Assembly (NCBI GenBank): GCA_003344405.1 | Contig: NOWV01000170.1 | Coordinates: 62,001-126,000, forward strand | From: Trichoplax sp. H2 | Lineage: Eukaryota | Reading direction: 5' to 3' | DNA length: 64,000 nucleotides | Shown: one piece after another, positions 56,801 to 64,000 of the stretch | Numbering within the stretch: position 1 is the first letter of the stretch | Layout: each line of letters begins with the position of its first letter | Made by a program: the position numbers and the translations under genes | The notes under the pieces: generated by a model | Told to the model about the DNA's origin: nothing | The model's database searches: none | Seen by the model: only the letters and a program-made list of their open reading frames with translations

Positions 56801-58280
56801 TTCTCTTCATGATGGAGGTTGATATTTTCTAATTTCATGATTTTCGCGACTTCTTGGCCGAAACTAAGGTAACTTCAAACCAATCATTGAATGGTGTCTT
56901 CGCTTCCTTTCTACATATCTATCCTACTTCAAGTGCAACGACTTTGCTGCTTTTGAGATTTGCATAGGCAGTGTTCAAGCAAACTTTGCGTTAATGATGA
57001 AAGAATGCATCAACTTGTATATAGTAAAGTATCATCAATGCAAACGATTGTAGGCTATGCATGCTACTACTTGGTGAGAAATGTAGTAGAACCACCTGAT
57101 TTATGAACAATGCAAAATTATTATGGTTATTACAGTCACTAATAATACAAGCTAGAGTAGCTTGTACTACAGTATAGCATCAGAAAGTTGTTCAACCTCT
57201 TGCTGAAGAAGTATGACGTTGTTGAGTACGAAATCTTCTTCTTCCTACCGTAATGGTTCTATTTTTAATTTATGGTGCTTTTCTGTACTGTGGCTATGTC
57301 AGCTTGAATTTTTTCCTCTTTTGCAAGCTTGTCGATTTGATAGTGGAGTACTAATCAAAGGATTGGATTTTTAGTTCTTGAATTTTTTCCCCTTTTTTTC
57401 ATTCTACAAGTACATGAAAAGAAAAGCGCTTGCCCAGATATGTGTTAACGGTTTCGTTGATGTTCTTGTTAAGTACTTTATATTTTGGAGGGCTTGCTAG
57501 AGTAGACTGTTTTCTGAGGCATTTTCTCGTTGATAACCAACGATTCATTTTCCATGAAGATCAGGTAGATTAAAACTGCGCTACTGTAGCCATCTTCATA
57601 ATATGTTATCATCTTCGTACTTCTTCATTTTCTAGGCTAACTACAGTGATGTACTTTGCAAAGTTAACGTTAATAATATAGCAGGGAATGCAGGTAGTCG
57701 TGGACGTGTCAACAACCCCCAAAAAAATGTGGACATCAATATACTAGTTACATATTCATATTGAATCAATGTCCAACGTCTAGCAAAAATTGGTGTAGTC
57801 GATTAATTACAGTACTGGCAAGCGGACACCATGAAATCTTGCGATGATTTTTTGCTTTTTTTAATTACGTGTAATTTGACGTTTTGACGGTAGTGTTCTC
57901 AAGGATTAAAGCTTCTGTGTTGCTTCTGAAGTGTTGCCGTGGTGGAATTGAAAACTCTCTACCTATTCACTTGCCACTGTCATGATTGAAGGACGTTCAA
58001 CGACGTCCATAAACTCTTTTTTTCCTATTCTGCTTCTTTTCCAACGCGCACTGAAATACAATCTTCCTCGCTCATTTTCACTTGCTGCAGTACGCAAACC
58101 TACTCATGTATTGTACATACTATTCTATCCAGTACTACTGCCACTTTCAACAACTTTATCTGGCTACAAAGGTTTGAGCCAACTGGATAAAAGTGATTGG
58201 CAGATCCAAAAATCCAACACAGACAACAATTTATTCTACTTATCCTTCATTCTTACCTTAGCATCTGGGCTATCAGCCAT
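53889..58280 (-). CDS. TRA2: Transformer-2 splicing factor (RS-RRM-RS); 8 coding exons
   Basis: Exon 1 MADSPDAK|gtaaga (58257-58280), an RS exon from 55409, then the [26 protein letters not shown]..|[12 protein letters not shown]..|..[29 protein letters not shown], ending [11 protein letters not shown]. Confidence 0.93.
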
Positions 58281-58549
58281 CGTAATGCTTCTACTTCAAA
58301 TAGTCAGCGGCGAGAACTATAAATCAACTTTTCCTTCCCAATCAGAGACACAACAAGAAAGTTGTAGGAAAAAAAAATGCGCGCTTAGATGCCTCCAACT
58401 CCTGAGCGACTGCAAAGAAAACGTGGGCTTTTGTACACTTTGTACCCGCTCAGGAGTGCTGCCACCCTACTGTACAGTACTAGGCCGAGGTGGCAAGTCC
58501 AGTCAGAGAATTTCCAATACCGGAGTCCGGTACGCTAGACCTCACGTCA

Positions 58550-58588
58550 CGTCACGTCACTGTACACTCAGTGTACAGTGACGTGACG
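58550..58588. promoter_or_regulatory. Perfect 18-bp inverted repeat built from GTCAC/TGACG (CRE/ATF-like half-site) units in the TRA2 upstream region
   Basis: cgtcacgtcactgtacac-tca-gtgtacagtgacgtgacg, about 270 bp upstream of the TRA2 ATG. Confidence 0.6.
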
Positions 58589-58895
58589 CGTCCAACGGGT
58601 TGACGCCGGTGGCACGCAATCTCTTTTGAGACGAGAGAGCGTCAGCCTACTCTGGGGAGATGAGCACAACCAATGTCATCGTTGTAATAGGATGATGAGT
58701 ACTACTCTTATTGTCATGCGTACAGGATGAGGTCATTGGAGTGACGAGTTATTTTGCGCACTGTACTACACTGCTTTTATAGCAAATGGCAGCCTCTCTC
58801 AATTTGTCAAGGGGTAGGAAGAAAGCTTTCCTTCTCTTTTACTCTACTATATATATATATAGATATATTATTAGTAGCCGAAGTTAGTGTGTTAG

Positions 58896-59258
58896 CCAAG
58901 CAAGAGATTTTCATTCCGGATAATCTTATAAAGCTCCAATCTTTTTTCCCCCACAAATAAGGATACTACATAACAACTAGACTAGAAGATCGCTCTTCTT
59001 CGACGAATCCATGACAGGATACATACTCATATTTATGTCGGTAGTACAGTAGTACAGTACGGTAATCCAAGCAAGAGATTCTCATTCCGGATAATCTTAT
59101 AAAGCTCTAATCTTTTTTTCCCCCACAAATAAGGATACTACATAACTCCTTTAGTAACCATCATAACAACTAGACTAGAAGATCGCTCTTCTTCGACGAA
59201 TCCATGACAGGATACATACTCATACTTATGTCGGTCGTACAATGGTACAGTACGGTAA
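58896..59258. repeat. Tandem duplication of a ~170-190 bp unit (2 copies)
   Basis: ccaagcaagagatt.tcattccggataatcttataaagctc occurs at 58896 and 59067. actagactagaagatcgctcttcttcgacgaatcc occurs at ~58976 and ~59169. Confidence 0.9.
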
Positions 59259-59960
59259 TAGAGCGTCAACAAATTCCATTCACTCAAAGACAACAACATC
59301 AAATCATTCATTAGTCCAAATAGGGATAATACAGGATTAATAGAAATCCACTGGGATGGACGTGATCCCCTAAATGGTATGCAAAGTAGTTCTTCTACCG
59401 ACATAGACAATTTAAAATTGGACGCTATAGTACACTCGAGAGGACAACATGTTTATTTTCTTTTCAGACGTAGATAAAGGGAAAAAATATGGCTGAAACT
59501 AGCGTAAAATTACTCTACTTTCGACCATGATGTAGCTCGAAAGAACAGTCGAAGCACATAGTAATCATTACTATGTACTATACTTTGCCGTCCAAAAGTT
59601 GAAAACGTAAATAAACACACCGTAGAGACCTCATTTAAGATTACTGTATTCAAAAATGTCATTCCGTATCCATGATACGATATCATGCAGTTCGGTCAGG
59701 GATGACAAAGAGTCGGGAACAAAAATTAAAATACGACTGAAAAGGATTTTTCATTTAATGAACAAAAATGTAAAGGCTGACTTTTTTCCTCTTCATTTTA
59801 CGATACTGAAAGACTGGAATAGTGCAATATACTGCAGCCAACTTAGTGCCCACTTTAATGTGCGAGCTTGTCAACAGTGTATAATGTGCGGCTACAGATG
59901 GACAATGCAGCTAAAATGGCCAGCAACAAGGTTTGGCACATGACATTTTTGTTAATGGAA

Positions 59961-60818
59961 AGTCCTCTCTCTTCTCATCCTGCTCCAGTACCGCAGTCTG
60001 TACCGTCTGTAGGTTTTACAATGGCTTACATATTGATCGACATATTGATACTGTACTGTATGAGTTAAAGTCCTCGTTCTGTCTCTCTCTCTTCTCTTCC
60101 TGCTCCAGTACCGCAGTCTGTACCGTCTGTAGGTTTTATAATGGCTACAATATTGATCGGCATATTGATGCTGTACTGTATGAGTTAAAGTCCTCGTTCT
60201 GTCTCTCTCTCTTCTCTGCCTGCTCCAGTACAGCAGTCTGTACCGTCTGTAAGTTAAAAGTCCTCTCTCTGTCTCTCTCTTTCTTCTCTTCCTGCTCCAG
60301 TACCGCAGTCTGTACCGTCTGTAGGTTTTACAATGGCTACCATATTGATCGACATACTGTATTGATGCTGTACTGTATGAGTTAAAGTCCTCACTCTATC
60401 TCTCCCCTCTTCCTGCTCCAGTACCGCAGTCTGTACCGTCTGTAGGTTTTATAATGGCTACCATATTGATCGGCATATTGATGCTGTACTGTATGAGTTA
60501 AAGTCCTCGTTCTGTCTCTCTCTCTTCTCTGCCTGCTCCAGTACAGCAGTCTGTACCGTCTGTAAGTTAAAAGTCCTCTCTCTGTCTCTCTCTTTCTTCT
60601 CTTCCTGCTCCAGTACCGCAGTCTGTACCATCTGTAGGTTTTACAATGGCTACCATATTGATCGACATATTGATGCTGTACTGTACTGTATGAGTTAAAG
60701 TCCTCACTCTGTCTCTCCCCTCTTCCTGCTCCAGTACCGCAGTCTGTACCGTCTGTAGGTTTTACAATGGCTACCGTACTGATCGACATATTGATGCTGT
60801 ACTGTACAGTATGAGTAA
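59961..60818. repeat. Higher-order tandem array of ~120-bp (A) and 70-bp (B) units: A-A-B-A-A-B-A-A
   Basis: The core cctgctccagtac(c/a)gcagtctgtacc.tctgta occurs 8 times. B units (60191-60260, 60504-60573) lack the 3' half. Confidence 0.95.
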
Positions 60819-60855
60819 CGGTATAGGAAGGATACAGTATAATATAAAATTTTCT

Positions 60856-60869
60856 GTTGCTATAACAAC
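60856..60869 (+). promoter_or_regulatory. X-box-like RFX site upstream of CFAP69
   Basis: GTTGCTATAACAAC is an imperfect X-box palindrome about 250 bp upstream of the inferred ATG. Confidence 0.5.
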
Positions 60870-61115
60870 CAAATCGCTAACTTGATATCATTGCTTGTTG
60901 AAGCGCTATCGACGAGAACCTGAGTAAAAGGAGGCAGACTAATTTCAGTGAAAGTTGCATATACTTTAAAATAGATATATATAACTGGTTGTAACCTACT
61001 TTAAATCAATTTTTCCCTAAACTCAAATACAACGTTATCACCTACCGACAAATAACGTATTGCTACCGTAAAACGTTCTGCATCAAAGAAGTTATTTTTG
61101 CCCAACGACCGCAAC

Positions 61116-64000
61116 ATGAACGACAACGAAACTCAAGGTTTACCTCAAGCTGAGAACACAGTTAGCGTAAGTTGTTCGTTGCTGTTAATCGGCAGCTCAC
61201 CTTGCTCATATTACTCGGCCTGAATTTCTTATATAGTATTCCTTTTTGGGGCGGCAGTCTACTTTACAAAGGATTAACTCTGTAACAAGCTAAAAGAACT
61301 ACGCTTAATACTGTATACATACTGTATTGCTAGTAAAGAAATCATTCAAATATTGACCCTACGTCTTTTATCAGTCACCTCATCCTACATCCCAATCATC
61401 TTTAGGCTGTTAATACTGTAAATGATAATTGCTTCAAGACCCTGGATTTAAAATTGCAAACACATTACTGTAGTATCAACAGGCATACATTCACAAATTT
61501 ACATGGCATAGTTTTGTATAATCGAGGTTGATATGGTTTATATCATCTGATCAACTAGTCTAATAACCAACAAATTGTGAGATGTTATAAATTGAATCAC
61601 ATTAATGGTAGTATTAAGAAAAATCCACTGATAGAAATATTAACACGTATTAATATTAAAATATGATAAAAAGTTAAATCAAGTACATGCACAATGCAAA
61701 TGCTAGCAGTATGTACGACGGTATATGAACCAACCTTGAACCTGCTATGTAGCCTGCAAATATTACAGCAAAACTATCGCACCAATTGTTTATTAATAAT
61801 ATCAAATGCTTTTATATCTATGTAATATGTTGTGATGATTTTGCTAATGTGGTGTTGCTTCAACCAATCATGACAGTATTCATTCAAGAATGTCATCAAG
61901 CTCTTCACAAATAAACATTCGGTACGTAATTATGATGGCTAAGACCATTTAACTACATTAAATAGCTATGCATCTATCAAATAGAAGACATAAGCGTGTT
62001 ATCATTGATGTAAAATATTGTATCTTACATACTGTAGTAAAACACAGTAATATTTATTATTTAGAAAATGTTACTAAATACACTAACTTTAAAAGTATAC
62101 ATCTAACCAGATCAGAATAAGCTATTGATCACTTTTACTTGAAAATTACTTTTTTGAATGATATTAAAGAATATCTTACTGATCTTCAAAATCAACTTGA
62201 ATATAAATAACATAGGATGATCTATACGAAAGGCATAATTTTGCTGTGAAACGAATTTGTAAACAGTTTGGCGATGGATTCGTATCTTTTACTACACACT
62301 TTATGACAATCAGAATAGATGCTTTTATTTATTAGGAGATTTGCTCATCATTGTTTGACCATTTAGAATTCTTAACCAAAATTTCAGTATATGCATGATT
62401 TAGCTGACATTTGTAAGGTCTTAAATTTATGCAACGAAAGAATGCCAAAAGTCCCAGAATATGAAGAAGCAATTCATAATATCATCCGTTTGTGCAGGTA
62501 TCGATCAACTGAATCATTTAATCCTCATAATAAGATGTGTTTAAATTAGAATATATTAAATTAATTTGAAATTTGTTACATTTTTGCAGCAAACCTTTCG
62601 CGAAGAAAAGATACTCCGATGAATTAACCTATAAAGACAATGTGGTTGATATCATTATAGAAATTGGTACGATGAGATTTCGAGCACAAGCTAATTTTAT
62701 TATCTATACTGTAATAAATTCTACAACTATAACATTATATGTATAATACTTCTTATAGGCAAATCATTACTCCAAGACAATGCAATTGTCCGTCGACAAG
62801 CCTGTAAAACTCTCATGAAATTCGTTACTAGTAAACGTGAAGATCAAGGTACTGCGAATCAAGATTCCATTTTAAGTTAACTTAATCCTGGTTTTACACT
62901 AATGATGCCATTAAAAGTAGCATTAATATTAGCTAAAAAAATTCTTTTATTTGATATAGACTGGATCACGTCACAAGACTACATAGAATTTATAATTATA
63001 AAGTCTGAAATGTCAGTGACAGCTATTTCAGCATTATCTGTAACAAAGGAGTATGACATACTTTGCGATCTCCTGGAATTGACGCTATACCTATCATATT
63101 CCGGTAAAAGTGCCCTAATTGTAATAACGGAGCTTTAGCTATTATCAAATTTAATTTTTCGCTTACTGTGATTACCATCTGTCTTATAAATAGCTGAGAA
63201 CTGCTTAGAAATGCTGTCTGCAAAAGCACCACGTCAAATCTTTGCTATTCTAAACACTGATGATCCTTCGCAACGGTAAAGACTAACTGTTTAGTATTTG
63301 GTTAATGAATATTTTCCTACACCGCAGCTTTCAAAATTATTTGCCTGTTTAGTAAGCAAATTTAAAACTTTTCCTACTTAGAATTCTTTTTAAAAGTACG
63401 GAAATAATTTGGAACCTACTTGAGTTAGGTTCTGGAGAAGAGGTATGAAACGACTGTCGATAAGATATGTGTATACGCGCAAATTAAATTTACTTATCTC
63501 CATTATTCTAATTATTACACATTTTTGATAATCATTTTAAATTTTGGCAAATTCATAGCTTGCTCAACAGCTTAATTGCATAACTTGTATTAGGTAAGTT
63601 CGTACTGCAATATAACGACTATATTATGCACTATATAGCTAATGCTGAAGTAATTAATTTTTAACGAAATGTTTTATAGAGCTGCTTAAGTTGATTACAT
63701 TTAAATATCTTTCTAATTTCACAATTTAGCGAACTAAAGAAGGCCTTACTCAAACTAATCCAGTCAGGAAGTAGTAATGCTGATCGTCAACTACGGTAAA
63801 ATGCACAAAACTTTTACAGTTTTTAATGATGTCAGAGAGGGGCTACTTCATAATATTGTCATCGCTAATGAAATAGGAACGATCTAATGGTCATTGCCAA
63901 TCTAATTGCTAATCAGAATCCATTTGTACCATTTGTGGTAAGTTAAATTAACCTAATATCCGTTTAAAACTCATCGTTAAAATTAAGATACGATACTTGA
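61116..64000 (+). CDS. CFAP69: Cilia- and flagella-associated protein 69 (armadillo-like), 5' part; continues beyond the window
   Basis: Exons encode DDLYERH..GF|YMHDLADICKVLNLC..IIRLC|KPFAKKRYSDELTY, DDPSQ, ILFKSTEIIWNLLE and DRQL|RNDLMVIA. The start exon at 61116 and exon 2 are uncertain. Confidence 0.82.
62282..62387 (+). other. Candidate U12-type (minor spliceosome) GT-AG intron in CFAP69
   Basis: 5' splice site GTATCTTTT; branch point TTCTTAAC at 62369-62376, 11 nt before the intron end; no real polypyrimidine tract. The join GDGF|YMHDL is in frame. Confidence 0.72.

Noticed and set aside
57982-58581. 199-aa plus-strand ORF
   Set aside because: It is antisense to TRA2 exon 1 and its upstream region, has no recognisable domain, and ends inside the palindrome.
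59933-60789. Cys-rich 150-aa (+) and Arg-rich 132-aa (-) ORFs
   Set aside because: These are translations of the tandem array; unit lengths are not consistently multiples of 3.
1-64000. Prokaryotic or endosymbiont origin of the whole window
   Set aside because: At least ten genes have spliceosomal introns and animal-type orthologues.

Overview
This window is AT-rich, intron-dense, compact eukaryotic (animal) genomic DNA. Short (~70-300 bp) GT-AG introns and conserved metazoan genes suggest an early-branching animal such as a placozoan; that identity is inference only. Gene order: 3' end of a WD40 protein with a CaaX tail (+), DNAJC10/ERdj5 (+), an intronless secreted lipase-fold protein with bacterial-type modules (-), SLC38A11 (+), GK5 (-), EFCAB1/calaxin (+), TSEN2 (-), DCAKD (+), a degenerate RDH-like SDR (-), GALNT11-like (-), TRA2 (-), and the 5' part of CFAP69 (+). 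Several unrelated 120-210 bp tandem arrays sit upstream of genes. The most notable observations are: (1) a candidate horizontally acquired lipase-like gene whose nucleophile Ser is replaced by Gly; (2) an oversized TRA2 intron 1 with GAA-rich, stop-containing candidate poison exons; (3) a candidate U12 intron in CFAP69; (4) RFX X-boxes upstream of both motile-cilia genes; (5) a pseudo-enzyme SDR; (6) a 29-bp TIR-only hAT-like insertion with an 8-bp target-site duplication. Exon boundaries were read by eye and gene names come from recalled similarity; no database search was run.
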